Shown one piece after another: positions 27,905-38,821 of a stretch of 64,000 nucleotides of DNA. Both the position numbers and the translations under genes were made by a program. The DNA lies in contig DKZA01000010.1 in the NCBI GenBank assembly GCA_002492525.1, positions 21,715-85,714 of the forward strand, given 5' to 3'. Source of the DNA: Lachnospiraceae bacterium UBA7086. GTDB lineage: Bacteria > Bacillota > Clostridia > Lachnospirales > Lachnospiraceae. The notes beneath the pieces are model-generated. The model was not told the DNA's origin and ran no database searches. It saw only the letters and a program-made list of their open reading frames with translations. Position 1 is the first letter of the stretch; the number at the start of each line of letters is the position of its first letter.

Positions 27905-28402
27905 ATATTTTAATAGCTGTAACAGCGGCTTATACAGAATCAGCGTCAGCGCAAAGTTGCCGCAGCAGTGGAGAATATCGTAAGGAATCCCGGCGCTCCA
28001 GTAAGCGAAAGCAGCTCCGGGGCCGCCGGATAGCAGATAGGGAATGGCACAGAGCGCCCCGAACAGCAGGCCGAATATACCGGAGACCACAGCCCAGAGG
28101 ACAGCAGAATCCATTTTGTGGAGGAGGAGAACGATAAGGGCAAGAATATTCCAGATATACAGGTAGCTGATCCACCAAATGCCGAAACCGAAGATGATTC
28201 CTTCCAGAAGTACAAAGACCAAAATAATAGAAAAAACCTGTTTTTTGTAAATCTGGGTATACAGGATGATCAGCGTGCTGACGATTTCGATGTTAGGAAG
28301 AAATGCCAGGCCAAGCTGCCCTACCAGCAGGATGGCGCTGAGCACTCCGATTGTGACAATCTGCACTATTTTGTTGGCAGGATTATTCTGATTTAGCTGC
28401 AT
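27875..28402 (-). CDS. ECF transporter S component (CbrT-like)
   Basis: LAFLPNIEIVS, AGIPYDILHCCGNF; 5-6 TM segments. Confidence 0.75.
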   Translation of the reverse strand: MQLNQNNPANKIVQIVTIGVLSAILLVGQLGLAFLPNIEIVSTLIILYTQIYKKQVFSIILVFVLLEGIIFGFGIWWISYLYIWNILALIVLLLHKMDSAVLWAVVSGIFGLLFGALCAIPYLLSGGPGAAFAYWSAGIPYDILHCCGNFALTLILYKPLLQLLKYLQSTIEQNK

Positions 28403-28409
28403 AGTGATA

Positions 28410-28817
28410 TCAATATCCTATCGTAAGGGTCAATTCGTATTTCTCCCCATCGGCGATGGGTGTCTGATCGGCGGAAGTATTGAGCATTTCGTTGTTTTTG
28501 GTAATGCACCACCATTCCTGGTTGCTGTCATCGGCAGTTTCATTGTCCACACAGGTGATAAATAGTCCGTAAGCACCTTCTTCGCCCTGCACGAGGTTTT
28601 CATCCTTCAATACTTCTCCCAGATATTCGCGGTCGGTATGATAGGTAAAGGTATTTATGCTTTTGTCTTTGTGAATTACATCGACAGTGATTGTCTTTGC
28701 ACCGGTAACGGTGGCTTTCTTTGTAAACTGGTAGATGCTAAAAAGCGCTGCAATCATAACAAGCAGCACGATCATGGCAATCAGAATTTTCTTAATGTTT
28801 TTTGTTTCTGTCTTCAT
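28410..28817 (-). CDS. DUF4430 (transcobalamin C-terminal-like) membrane-anchored protein
   Basis: Start at ATG 28817 (GGAG RBS); YGLFITCVD, WWCITKNNEM, IADGEKYEL. Confidence 0.8.
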   Translation of the reverse strand: MKTETKNIKKILIAMIVLLVMIAALFSIYQFTKKATVTGAKTITVDVIHKDKSINTFTYHTDREYLGEVLKDENLVQGEEGAYGLFITCVDNETADDSNQEWWCITKNNEMLNTSADQTPIADGEKYELTLTIGY

Positions 28818-29123
28818 AAGTTTTCTCCAATCTTTGCTTATAATCTTAAGGTTTTTACAGCCGGTTCCATGCGGATTCTTCCTGTGGGACTCTTTTGCCG
28901 ACAGTGGCCGGCAGGCTGTTGTGCAGAAATCCAAATCGTTAAAAGACCGATATCAAGTATAGCATAGAAAAAATAGATTGAGTAGAGTTTTTGTGTTTTT
29001 TAGGTTATGGCGGAGGCAGGCGCTGTCATTATGCAGGTACTTATGTTTGCAAGTTCTTTGCAGATGGGGTATTCTTATCAGTATAGGCATTGCGGATAAA
29101 ATACTGTTACAAAGGAAAAGAAA

Positions 29124-30416
29124 ATGGATTATACATTTTATGAGCTTGCCATGCTCTTTTTTGTTTATTCTTTTTTGGCATGGCTGGCAGAAACAACGGT
29201 TGCCACTGTTAAAGTAGGGAATTTTAGAAATCGGGGGTTCTTATCGGGGCCGTTTTGTTTTGTGTATGGGTTTACCGGCGTACTTTTAGCGGTCTTTTTG
29301 CAGGATTTAAGAAAAGACGCCTTCTTTCTCTTTGCAGGAAGTATGGCGGTGGCTACCGCAGTACAGTGGTTTGCCGGTAAAATGTTGGAGAGGATTCGGC
29401 AGAAAAAGTGGTGGGATTATTCCGGAAAGAGGTGGAACTTTGACGGTTATGTCTGTCTGCAGTATTCTCTGCTGTGGGGGCTGCTTGGCTTTTTGGCGGT
29501 GCGTTACGGCAATGCGATTTTGCTGGGCGGATATGAACTATTGCCGGATATTATCAAGAAGATTGTAGTCTGGTGCCTTTTGGGAATAGGCTTTCTGGAT
29601 CTTGCAGGCACTCTGATGGCGGTCTATCATGTGGAAGAGAAACTGCCGCGGCTTCTTGGATGGAACCAGAAACTGCAAAGGTATACTTACCGGCTTACCG
29701 TTAAAGTTGCGGGATATGTGGAAAAGAGGATTGGCAGATCATATCCTTCTGTTTCGCAGAAGAGGGCGGAGGATGCACAGACAGAACAATGTGGTCTTGT
29801 ACAGGTATTTTGGCTGTTTGTAATCGGCGCCTTGGCGGGGGATATTGTGGAGACTTTGTTTTGCCGGATTACTGTGGGTGTCTGGATGAGCAGGAGCAGT
29901 CTGGTGTGGGGGCCGTTCAGTGTTGTGTGGGGACTTGCGATTGCGCTCGTGACAGTGCTGCTTTATAAGGATAAAGACAGGCAGGACAGGCATATTTTCT
30001 GGGTAGGCTTTTTCCTGGGCGGTGCTTATGAATATATCTGCAGTGTTTTTACTGAAATATTGTTTGGCAAAGTCTTTTGGGATTACAGCAATATGCCGTT
30101 TAACCTGGACGGAAGGATTAATCTGTTGTATTGTTTTTTCTGGGGAATTGCAGCAGTAGTATGGATCAAAGGACTGTATCCGAAAGTGTCGCGTCTTATT
30201 GCAGTGATCCTAAAGAAAAACGGACAGATATTGACCGGAATTCTGATGGTATTTATGGCGTTGGATATCCTGGTTTCTGTGTTGGCTTTAATACGCTATG
30301 ATACACGCGCAGCGGGAAAGGACCCGGTATACAGGTGGGAACAGTCCATGGATGATTATTTTGAAGACGATAGAATGGAGCGGATTTATCCGAATGGGAA
30401 ATCAACAGAAAATTAA
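29124..30416 (+). CDS. Putative ABC-transporter permease-like membrane protein, two repeated domains
   Basis: Two copies of FxxYSFLxW/GPF...WDYS...N.DG.. motif set. Confidence 0.85.
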   Translation: MDYTFYELAMLFFVYSFLAWLAETTVATVKVGNFRNRGFLSGPFCFVYGFTGVLLAVFLQDLRKDAFFLFAGSMAVATAVQWFAGKMLERIRQKKWWDYSGKRWNFDGYVCLQYSLLWGLLGFLAVRYGNAILLGGYELLPDIIKKIVVWCLLGIGFLDLAGTLMAVYHVEEKLPRLLGWNQKLQRYTYRLTVKVAGYVEKRIGRSYPSVSQKRAEDAQTEQCGLVQVFWLFVIGALAGDIVETLFCRITVGVWMSRSSLVWGPFSVVWGLAIALVTVLLYKDKDRQDRHIFWVGFFLGGAYEYICSVFTEILFGKVFWDYSNMPFNLDGRINLLYCFFWGIAAVVWIKGLYPKVSRLIAVILKKNGQILTGILMVFMALDILVSVLALIRYDTRAAGKDPVYRWEQSMDDYFEDDRMERIYPNGKSTEN

Positions 30417-30434
30417 GATAGGAAAGGGAGGAGG

Positions 30435-30743
30435 TTGTTTATGAAAAAGGATCATAAAGTTACTTTATCACTGCGCGTACTCGTGTCGGTATATATCCTG
30501 TATCTGGCATATGGGCTGATCAAGGATTACGGTACTGCCACGAACCAGATGGTGTCTTTGGCTGCCATTATCGTATTTATAGCCGGCGGCGGTCTGATAC
30601 TTGCCACATCGGGTTATAAACTGATAACGAAGGATTACGATGATGACAGAGCAGATGCGGAGGAACCCGAATCTAAGGGGCTTACAACACAACAACCTGC
30701 AGAGGATGTCAAGGAACATAGTCAGGATAAGGAGGAGTATTGA
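30435..30743 (+). CDS. Small two-TM membrane protein
   Basis: Strong RBS; two hydrophobic segments and acidic tail. Confidence 0.7.
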   Translation: MFMKKDHKVTLSLRVLVSVYILYLAYGLIKDYGTATNQMVSLAAIIVFIAGGGLILATSGYKLITKDYDDDRADAEEPESKGLTTQQPAEDVKEHSQDKEEY

Positions 30744-30749
30744 TATTAG

Positions 30750-31934
30750 ATGAATTACCAATATCGGAAAACCATTACGGCCTGTTTCGTGGGTTATATC
30801 GTGCAGGCTATTGTAAATAATTTTGTACCGTTGTTATTTTTGACTTTTCAGAGAACTTATGGGATTCCGCTCTCACAGATTACGCTGCTTGTGACCTTTA
30901 ATTTCGGCATACAGCTGTTGGTAGATCTGTTGTCGGTGGGATTTGTGGATAAGATAGGCTATCGGGCTTCCATGGTCATTGCCCATGTGATGGCTGCGGC
31001 GGGCCTGATGCTTCTGACCATTCTGCCGGAAGTGTTATCTTCTCCGTTTGCAGGCATTTTAATCGCGGTGATGATTTATGCCATTGGCGGCGGTCTTCTG
31101 GAAGTCCTGGTGAGTCCGGTGGTGGAAGCTTGTCCTTCGGATAATAAAGAAAAAGCCATGAGTATGTTACATTCTTTTTACTGCTGGGGACATGTGGGTG
31201 TGGTATTACTTTCCACGCTGTTTTTCAGTGTGTTCGGTATTAGCAACTGGAAGGTGCTGGCGGCGGTATGGTCATTGATTCCGCTTTATAATGCGTTTGT
31301 ATTTGCCAAAGTTCCCATGGCGGAGCTGATAGAAGAGGGGGAGGAAGGATTGCGTCTGCGGGATCTGTTTCGTATGAAGATATTCTGGATCCTGCTTATC
31401 ATGATGATCTGTGCAGGTGCCAGTGAGCAGGCGGTGAGTCAGTGGGCCTCCACTTTTGCCGAGAAGGGCCTTGGCATTTCTAAGACCGCAGGGGACTTGG
31501 CCGGGCCTATGGCCTTTGCCGTTCTGATGGGTACGTCCAGGGCTTTTTATGGCAAATACGGGGACCGGATTCAGCTGGATAAGTTTATGATCTTCAGCAG
31601 CTGTCTTTGTATTTTATCTTATCTGGGAATCGCCTTGCTGCCGATTCCGCTGCTTAGTCTGGCCGCCTGCGCAATCTGCGGCCTTTCCGTGGGGATTATG
31701 TGGCCTGGGTCATTCAGTAAGGCAGCAGCAGCCCTGCCAAAAGGCGGAACAGCTATGTTTGCTTTGCTGGCTCTGGGCGGAGATGTGGGGTGTTCCGGCG
31801 GCCCTACGGTGGTTGGCATGGTGTCCAGCCTGTTGGAGGATAATCTGAAAATGGGGATTTTGGCAGGGATAGTTTTTCCGGTACTTTTACTGCTGGGAAT
31901 TGTTCTTTGCGGGAAAATAAAAAGACAGGAATAG
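30750..31934 (+). CDS. MFS transporter
   Basis: About 12 TM segments; VDKIGYR, GGGLLEVLVSP, LHSFYCWG. Confidence 0.9.
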   Translation: MNYQYRKTITACFVGYIVQAIVNNFVPLLFLTFQRTYGIPLSQITLLVTFNFGIQLLVDLLSVGFVDKIGYRASMVIAHVMAAAGLMLLTILPEVLSSPFAGILIAVMIYAIGGGLLEVLVSPVVEACPSDNKEKAMSMLHSFYCWGHVGVVLLSTLFFSVFGISNWKVLAAVWSLIPLYNAFVFAKVPMAELIEEGEEGLRLRDLFRMKIFWILLIMMICAGASEQAVSQWASTFAEKGLGISKTAGDLAGPMAFAVLMGTSRAFYGKYGDRIQLDKFMIFSSCLCILSYLGIALLPIPLLSLAACAICGLSVGIMWPGSFSKAAAALPKGGTAMFALLALGGDVGCSGGPTVVGMVSSLLEDNLKMGILAGIVFPVLLLLGIVLCGKIKRQE

Positions 31935-32011
31935 GTTGCGGCCGTCAGCAAAGCTGTGTACAATGATAGGGCAGGAAAATCAGAAGTTTTGGGAAACGAT
32001 GGATAGAAATC

Positions 32012-35000
32012 ATGGAAAACGTACTTACTCTTTTTGAACAGGAAACAGCAGCCTGGTTTGTCAATACATTGGGTGAACCCACCCCGGTACAGAAAGAAAG
32101 CTGGCCGATTATTGCGAAAGGGCATCATGCGCTGATATCGGCACCCACCGGAACGGGCAAAACGCTCTCGGCTTTCTTTGTTTTTCTTGATCGGATGAAA
32201 AGGCAGGCACAGGCAGGGTGTTTGCAACAGGAATTACAGTTAATCTATGTTTCGCCATTAAAGTCCCTGGCGGCGGATATCCGGGAGAACCTAAACCGTC
32301 CTCTGGCAGGAATCGGAGCGCAGGAAATGCTGTCTGTGGGAATCCGGACAGGAGATACGCCTCAAAGGGACAGGATGAGGATGGTCAAAAAGCCGCCTCA
32401 CATTCTGATCATCACGCCGGAATCTTTATATTTGATGCTTACCAGTAAGACGGGACAGAATATTCTGGCTACAGCGAAAGCCGTTATCGTTGATGAGCTT
32501 CATGCCCTGATCGATACCAAGAGAGGTGCTCATCTGATGCTTTCCCTGGCCAGGCTGGATCATTTGTGCGGCAGACCGCTGCAGCGTATCGGTTTGTCGG
32601 CCACCATCGAGCCATTGGAGGCGGCGGCGCAGTATCTGGCGCCGGAGGAAGTGAAGATTGCCGCACCGACTATGAGAAAGCAGGTGCGGCTGGAGATATT
32701 AAGTCCTTATCCGGATGCCACAAAGGGTCCCAGGAAGGATCCGGTGTGGGAGGAACTGGGGAAAATGGTGTACCAGTACTGTCAGGGCAGCCGCAGTGTG
32801 ATTGCTTTCGTGGAAGGAAGAAGATATGCGGAGAAATTAGCATATTATGTAAACCTATTGGGCGGCGATGGGTTTGCCAGAGTACATCATGGAAGTCTTT
32901 CCAAGGAGCAGAGGATGGAGACGGAATTACATCTGCGTGACGGGAAGCTAAGGCTTTTGTGTGCCACTTCTTCCATGGAACTTGGTATTGATGTGGGAGA
33001 GATAGACCAGGTATTACAGGTGGGATGTCCTCGTACCGTTTCAGGAACCATGCAGCGGTTAGGACGTGCGGGACACAATCCGGGCCGGGTCAGCGTGATG
33101 TATCTTTTTCCGCGAACGGCGGCAGAGTGTGTGTCCTGCGGTATGACGGCACAGCTGGCCAGAGAAGGTGGCGTGGAACATGTGAAACCGCCGGCTCAGT
33201 GTCTGGATGTGCTGGCGCAGCATCTGGTATCCATGGCGGCTTTCAGAAGTTATGAGATTGATGAAGTGATGGAGATTGTGCCGCGGGCCTGGCCTTTTCG
33301 TCAGATTACCAGGGAAGACGTGAAGGCGGTTCTTGCCATGCTGGCAGGGGATTATGAGCATGAGAAAGATATTCCGGCGCGCCCCAGAATCCTGTATGAC
33401 AGGATTCATGAGCGGGTAGAGGGAGACGGTTACAGCAGGATGTTAGCTATCTCCGCAGGGGGGACGATCCCGGATAAAGGATTGTATACGGTCAGGAACG
33501 AAGAAGGGGTCAAATTGGGGGAGGTGGATGAAGAGTTCGTCTACGAATCCCAGAAAGGAGACCGGTTTATTCTTGGTTCTTACGCATGGAAAATTGTAAA
33601 TATCAGCCAGGATACCGTGACGGTGACCCAGGCAAAGATGGAAGGCGCAAGGCTTCCTTTCTGGCATGGGGAGATTAAGGGAAGAGACAGACGGACAGGA
33701 GAAGCTTTTGGACGCATGTTTCATTCGTTACAGCGCGCCTACGAGGAAGGAAGGCTTGGCAAAGCATTGGAGGATCTGGGGCTGGATGAGACGGCGGCGG
33801 AACTTGCGGCAGGTTATCTGGAACGGCAGATGAAAGCTACGGGCGGCCTGCCGGATCATAAGACCATTCTTGTGGAGCATTTTAAAGATACCGTGGGGAA
33901 CAGTCAGTTGATGGTACATTCGGTGTTCGGCAGACGAATCAACGCACCCTTATCCCTTTTGGCGGCACAGACGGTGCGAGAGAGGATGGGGATAGAGATT
34001 GGGAGTGTGGATGAGGAGGACGGGTTTCTGCTGTATTCTTATGGGAATCAGAGTCTGCCGGAAGGGTTGTTACAGCAGATAGATGTGGATGGCTGCATAC
34101 GGAAGCTGGAAATTCTGCTGCCTGCCACACCTCTTTTTAACATGGCTTTCCGCTATAACAGCGGCCGGGCGTTGATGATGGGCGTCAGAAGAAATGGCCG
34201 GCAGCCTCTGTGGATGCAGCGGCTAAAGAGCGCGGAAATGTTAGAGCAGGTGGTAAGAAGCAGGGAGCATCCACTGATTCGGGAGACCAGACGGGAATGT
34301 ATGCAGGAATTGTGGGATGCCACAGGCGTGCAGGAAATCCTGCAGGATATTCAAAGCGGTGCGATTGCAGTCAGAGAGATATATACGCAGATACCTTCCC
34401 CCATGTCTTTGCCATTGCAATGGAGTCAGGAAGCGGCGGTCATGTATGATTATGCGCCTACACCCAGGGGGATCCATGGGGCGGTGGAGGAGGCTTTACA
34501 GAAGGAAAAAAACCTACTGCCGCCGGGCCGTCAGGAATTGCTTGATGTGCAGGAACGCAGACAGCTGCCCAAAGATGAGAAACAGTTACATTCACTGTTG
34601 ATGACGGAGGGGGATCTGGCGGCGGGAGAACTGGATATTCCGGTGCAATGGTTGGAAAATCTGGCCAGGGCCGGCCGGGTAGTATATCTGGAACAGGGAT
34701 TGTGGATTGCCGCAGAACAGGAGGCGGCCTATGGCGCAGCCATGAGCGGAGATCAGAAAGCGCGGCTTTCCATTGTCAGAAGGATGCTCCGTTACAGAGG
34801 AGGAGCGGATGCAGTACAGACGGCGCAGCGTTATGACTGGCCGGTGGATACGGCCAAAGAAGTGTTGGAAGAGTTGTGTCGGCAGAAGGCGGCGGTGAAG
34901 CAGGAGGACAGGTACTACCATGCCGAATTATACAGCCGTGCCAGGGTGCGGACACTGAAAAACAGACGGGAAGAGATACAGACTTATCCCGGTGAAAATT

Positions 35001-36118
35001 ATGCGGCACTGATGCTGTCGCAGCTGGAATCTTCGGCACCGGCCGAAGAATGTCTGCAAAATACGCTCAGGCAGTATGCCGGCATGATATTGCCGGCGGC
35101 TTATTGGGAAACGGTTCTTCTGACGGGCAGAGTAAAAAACTACAGAGATTCGCTGTTAGACAGCTTTCTGGCTCAAGGGGAACTGTTCTGGCATATGGCG
35201 GAAAAGGGTGGTCTATGTTTTGACTATCAGGAAGCTATTGACTGGGATGCGGATTCAGGAAGCAGGGAGGAGGGCCTGACAGAGAAAGAAAGTCTGGTGT
35301 ATGAAGCGATCAGGAAGCGGGGAGCCTGTTTTATGCAGGCGTTAAACGGCCTGCTTCCGGCAGAATCTCCGTATGACACCCTGCTTTCCCTCATGGAAAA
35401 GGGACTGGTTTATGCGGACAGCTTTCTGCCGGTGCGTCAGTGGCTGAATCGGGAAAAAACAAAGAAAGCGGATATAAAACAGCAGGTTGGTGTGCGGGTC
35501 AGAGCCATGCAGGCAGGAAGATGGGATGTGGTCAGGCCTGTACGGGAGAGGACGATAGAAGAAAAGCTGGAGGCCTGTGCCCGGTTTAGTCCTGTTATCT
35601 GCAAAGAGACGGCGGCGGCCTGGGGCCTGCCCTGGCAGGAGGCCTTGTCGGTGCTCCGTATCTGGGAGTATACCGGACAGGCAAGGAGGGGATATTTTGT
35701 CAGAGAGCTTTCCGGGGCACAGTTTATTCTCGGCAGAGATTATGAGAGTGTGGTGCGCAGACTGCACAAACCGGAGAAGAAACTCACCTGGGTCAATGCG
35801 GTTGATCCGGCACAATGCTGGGGGAAGATACTGCCCCACAAGGAGGGCAGAAACTTTATCAATGTGCCGGGGACAGCCGTTGCCTGTCTGGGCGGTGTGC
35901 CGGTGGCCGTGATGGAGAGACAGGGCAAAATCCTGCGGATCTGGGAAGAAACATTACAGGAAGAGTGCCTTATACTTTTTGTGTCAGAATGGAAACGGGG
36001 CAGGATATTTGCAGACAGAAAGCGTATTGTGGTGAAGGAGTACCCTGCAGGGGCACAGACAGCTCTTAAGCAGGCAGGTTTCCGCAAGGAGATGCAGGAT
36101 TATGTGCTGTATGCGTAA
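32012..36118 (+). CDS. lhr: Lhr-family SF2 helicase (long form)
   Basis: APTGTGKT, ITPESL, DELH, HHGSLS, SSMELGIDVG, QRLGRAGH, GGTIPD; C-terminal RRGYFV...GAQF...DPA region. Confidence 0.9.
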   Translation: MENVLTLFEQETAAWFVNTLGEPTPVQKESWPIIAKGHHALISAPTGTGKTLSAFFVFLDRMKRQAQAGCLQQELQLIYVSPLKSLAADIRENLNRPLAGIGAQEMLSVGIRTGDTPQRDRMRMVKKPPHILIITPESLYLMLTSKTGQNILATAKAVIVDELHALIDTKRGAHLMLSLARLDHLCGRPLQRIGLSATIEPLEAAAQYLAPEEVKIAAPTMRKQVRLEILSPYPDATKGPRKDPVWEELGKMVYQYCQGSRSVIAFVEGRRYAEKLAYYVNLLGGDGFARVHHGSLSKEQRMETELHLRDGKLRLLCATSSMELGIDVGEIDQVLQVGCPRTVSGTMQRLGRAGHNPGRVSVMYLFPRTAAECVSCGMTAQLAREGGVEHVKPPAQCLDVLAQHLVSMAAFRSYEIDEVMEIVPRAWPFRQITREDVKAVLAMLAGDYEHEKDIPARPRILYDRIHERVEGDGYSRMLAISAGGTIPDKGLYTVRNEEGVKLGEVDEEFVYESQKGDRFILGSYAWKIVNISQDTVTVTQAKMEGARLPFWHGEIKGRDRRTGEAFGRMFHSLQRAYEEGRLGKALEDLGLDETAAELAAGYLERQMKATGGLPDHKTILVEHFKDTVGNSQLMVHSVFGRRINAPLSLLAAQTVRERMGIEIGSVDEEDGFLLYSYGNQSLPEGLLQQIDVDGCIRKLEILLPATPLFNMAFRYNSGRALMMGVRRNGRQPLWMQRLKSAEMLEQVVRSREHPLIRETRRECMQELWDATGVQEILQDIQSGAIAVREIYTQIPSPMSLPLQWSQEAAVMYDYAPTPRGIHGAVEEALQKEKNLLPPGRQELLDVQERRQLPKDEKQLHSLLMTEGDLAAGELDIPVQWLENLARAGRVVYLEQGLWIAAEQEAAYGAAMSGDQKARLSIVRRMLRYRGGADAVQTAQRYDWPVDTAKEVLEELCRQKAAVKQEDRYYHAELYSRARVRTLKNRREEIQTYPGENYAALMLSQLESSAPAEECLQNTLRQYAGMILPAAYWETVLLTGRVKNYRDSLLDSFLAQGELFWHMAEKGGLCFDYQEAIDWDADSGSREEGLTEKESLVYEAIRKRGACFMQALNGLLPAESPYDTLLSLMEKGLVYADSFLPVRQWLNREKTKKADIKQQVGVRVRAMQAGRWDVVRPVRERTIEEKLEACARFSPVICKETAAAWGLPWQEALSVLRIWEYTGQARRGYFVRELSGAQFILGRDYESVVRRLHKPEKKLTWVNAVDPAQCWGKILPHKEGRNFINVPGTAVACLGGVPVAVMERQGKILRIWEETLQEECLILFVSEWKRGRIFADRKRIVVKEYPAGAQTALKQAGFRKEMQDYVLYA

Positions 36119-36144
36119 CGGGGTCATAAGGAAAGGAGATTAAG

Positions 36145-36615
36145 ATGGCGATAGAAGCAGTAAAAACATATTTCAGACAGTATGGCATGGAAGACAAAAT
36201 CAGGGAATTTGATGTATCCAGTGCGACGGTAGAACTGGCGGCAGCAGCTCTGCAGTGCGAGCCGCAAAGGATTGCCAAGACCCTTTCTTTTCTGGTGGCG
36301 GATCATCCGGTACTGGTGGTGGCAGCAGGGGACGCCAAGGTGGACAATCATAAGTTCAAAGAACAGTTTGCCACAAAGGCTAAGATGCTCTCGCCGGATC
36401 AGGTGGAGGCGATGGTAGGCCATGCAGTGGGAGGTGTATGTCCTTTTGCGGTGAAGGAGGATGTGACCGTATATCTGGATGTATCCCTGCAGCGTTTTGA
36501 AACCGTGTTTCCGGCCTGCGGCAGTGCCAACAGTGCCATAGAGCTTACCATTTCACAACTGGAGAAGTATTCCGGATATCAGGGATGGATAGACGTGTGT
36601 AAGGGATATCTTTGA
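36145..36615 (+). CDS. YbaK/EbsC aminoacyl-tRNA deacylase family protein
   Basis: [23 protein letters not shown]. Confidence 0.92.
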   Translation: MAIEAVKTYFRQYGMEDKIREFDVSSATVELAAAALQCEPQRIAKTLSFLVADHPVLVVAAGDAKVDNHKFKEQFATKAKMLSPDQVEAMVGHAVGGVCPFAVKEDVTVYLDVSLQRFETVFPACGSANSAIELTISQLEKYSGYQGWIDVCKGYL

Positions 36616-36635
36616 GAATGGAAAAGAGGGAAATT

Positions 36636-37889
36636 ATGGAAAGAGTCATAGAGAATTTTTTGCAGTATGTTACAATTGATACCCAGTCTTCGGAGGAGAG
36701 CAGCAGTACGCCTTCTACGTCAAAGCAGCATGATCTGGCGGCGGTTTTGGAAAAGCAGCTGCGAGAGATGGGGGCGGAAGAGATTACTTATGATAAAGAA
36801 CACTGCTATGTGTATGCCACGGTGCCGGCCACGGCAGGCTGTGAACAGGCGCCGGTAATCGGGTTTATCGCCCATATGGATACTTCTCCCGCGGTGACGG
36901 GAACGGGAGTGAAGCCCCGTATTGTGGAAGACTACGACGGCAAAGACCTGGTGTTGCACCAGGAAAAACAGATCGTCATGAAGGTGGCGGATTTTCCGGA
37001 ACTGACATCCTATCAGGGGAAAAGACTGATAGTAACGGACGGCACCACGCTTTTGGGAGCGGATGATAAAGCGGGCGTGGCGGAGATCATGGCCATGGCG
37101 GAATATCTGCTGAACCATAAGGAAATCGTGCATGGCCGGATACGGATTGGTTTTACGCCGGATGAGGAAGTGGGAAACGGAGCCGATCATTTTGATGTAG
37201 CTCTTTTTGGAGCCGATTATGCGTATACAGTGGATGGCGGCAGGCTGGGAGAAATGGAATATGAGAACTTCAATGCGGCGGGAGCTAAAGTTACGGTACA
37301 TGGCCGGAGCGTTCATCCGGGAGATGCCAAGGATAAGATGCGCAATGCAATCCTGATGGCTCAGGAGTTCCAGTCCATGCTTCCTGTTTTTGAGAATCCC
37401 ATGTATACCTGCGGTTATGAGGGCTTTTATCATCTGGATCAGTTACACGGCACCGTGGAAGAGGCCGTGGCAGAATATATCATCAGGGATCATGACCGGG
37501 TAAAATTTGAGAAAAAGAAGGAAGCCTTCCTTGGAATAGGAGAGTACCTGAACCAGAAATATGGGGAGGGAACTTTTGTGATCGAGTTGAAGGATTCCTA
37601 TTATAATATGAAAGAGGTCATAGAAGAGCATATGCACCTGATTGACAATGCAAAGGATGCTATGGATGAATTGGGGATTCAGCCGGTGATAGTGCCGATC
37701 CGCGGCGGTACGGACGGGGCAAGACTTTCCTTTATGGGCCTGCCGTGTCCCAATCTGTGTACGGGCGGACAGAATTTTCACGGACGGTTTGAATATGCCT
37801 GTGCGGATGAGATGGAAATAATCGTGAAACTCTTAGTCAGGATAGCGGAGAAGTATGGAAAAGAAAATGCGGAAAGAGAGGAAAAGTAA
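36636..37889 (+). CDS. pepT: Peptidase T (M20B tripeptidase)
   Basis: [39 protein letters not shown]. Confidence 0.96.
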   Translation: MERVIENFLQYVTIDTQSSEESSSTPSTSKQHDLAAVLEKQLREMGAEEITYDKEHCYVYATVPATAGCEQAPVIGFIAHMDTSPAVTGTGVKPRIVEDYDGKDLVLHQEKQIVMKVADFPELTSYQGKRLIVTDGTTLLGADDKAGVAEIMAMAEYLLNHKEIVHGRIRIGFTPDEEVGNGADHFDVALFGADYAYTVDGGRLGEMEYENFNAAGAKVTVHGRSVHPGDAKDKMRNAILMAQEFQSMLPVFENPMYTCGYEGFYHLDQLHGTVEEAVAEYIIRDHDRVKFEKKKEAFLGIGEYLNQKYGEGTFVIELKDSYYNMKEVIEEHMHLIDNAKDAMDELGIQPVIVPIRGGTDGARLSFMGLPCPNLCTGGQNFHGRFEYACADEMEIIVKLLVRIAEKYGKENAEREEK

Positions 37890-37890
37890 T

Positions 37891-38304
37891 ATGTGGTTTT
37901 GGTTTGCCATATTGTCTGCAGTGTTTGCGGCACTGACTTCTATTCTTGCCAAGGTGGGAATCGAAGGCGTGAATTCTAATCTGGCTACAGCAGTTCGGAC
38001 AGTGGTAGTCGTAGTGATGGCCTGGGGAATGGTTTTTATGACGAACGCCCAGAGCGGTCTTGCCCAGATAAGCAGAAAAAGCTGGATTTTCCTGATTTTA
38101 TCCGGGCTGGCTACGGGGGCCTCATGGCTTTGTTACTATAGAGCATTGCAGATTGGCGATGCATCTAAGGTGGTTCCCATTGATAAGCTGAGCGTTGTCA
38201 TTACCCTGGTTCTTGCGTTTGTTTTTCTCCACGAAGAATTTACGGCCAAATCCCTTGTGGGAAGTATCCTGATCACGGCGGGCACACTTTTTATGGTGCT
38301 TTAA
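37891..38304 (+). CDS. EamA-family small transporter
   Basis: FAALTSILAK, ATGASWLCYYRAL, VVPIDKLS. Confidence 0.9.
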   Translation: MWFWFAILSAVFAALTSILAKVGIEGVNSNLATAVRTVVVVVMAWGMVFMTNAQSGLAQISRKSWIFLILSGLATGASWLCYYRALQIGDASKVVPIDKLSVVITLVLAFVFLHEEFTAKSLVGSILITAGTLFMVL

Positions 38305-38326
38305 CATACTTCCTGCAGAAACCCAA

Positions 38327-38821
38327 TCAGGCATGATCGGGAATGAGTTTATTGATTCGCAGGACTTCCGTGACGGTATCCATACCATCCTGAAGTCTTG
38401 CGATATCTTTTTTGGTGCTCTGTGCGAAGAGCCGGAAAGAAAGGTCAAGGCTTTCCAGTTTGTCGATGGTCTTGTTTAATTTCACATCCAGATACTTGAA
38501 ATTATCGTCAGCGCGGTCCAGCCGTCTGTCCATGTTGTCCAGTCTTGCATCAATGTGATCCAATCGTTCATAAATAGGAGCGAGTTCTTTTTTGAATTTC
38601 TGATCCAACTTTTGATCCAGCTTCTCGTCAAGCTTCTGATCCAGTTTCTGATCCAGCTTTTCTTCCAGTTTTTGTTCCAGCTTTTCTTCCAGTTTTTCTT
38701 CTAGTTTTTGATCCAACAGGTCAGCGATCGCCTGCAGATCTCCCTGTGTCAGTGCCAAGAGCAACCCCTCCCTTTCCCATGAAATAGCCGCGGGTTCCTG
38801 TGTTTTGTGTTCTTTCTTCAT
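38327..38821 (-). CDS. Coiled-coil protein with tandem L(D/E)(Q/E)K tetrapeptide repeats
   Basis: About ten tandem LxxK units then RLD heptads; start may be the downstream TTG after GGAGGGG; promoter TTGACA-N17-TATGAT at 39029-39001. Confidence 0.7.
   Translation of the reverse strand: MKKEHKTQEPAAISWEREGLLLALTQGDLQAIADLLDQKLEEKLEEKLEQKLEEKLDQKLDQKLDEKLDQKLDQKFKKELAPIYERLDHIDARLDNMDRRLDRADDNFKYLDVKLNKTIDKLESLDLSFRLFAQSTKKDIARLQDGMDTVTEVLRINKLIPDHA
38598..38718 (-). repeat. Degenerate 12-bp coding tandem repeat
   Basis: Units such as TTTCTGATCCAG and TTTTTCTTCCAG on the + strand. Confidence 0.85.

Noticed and set aside
28820-28955. Canonical cobalamin riboswitch
   Set aside because: Only GCCACUG is present; no AGGGAA or CCCGC..CUGU core and the leader is short
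38598-38718. CRISPR or non-coding repeat
   Set aside because: In-frame 12-bp coding repeat inside an ORF
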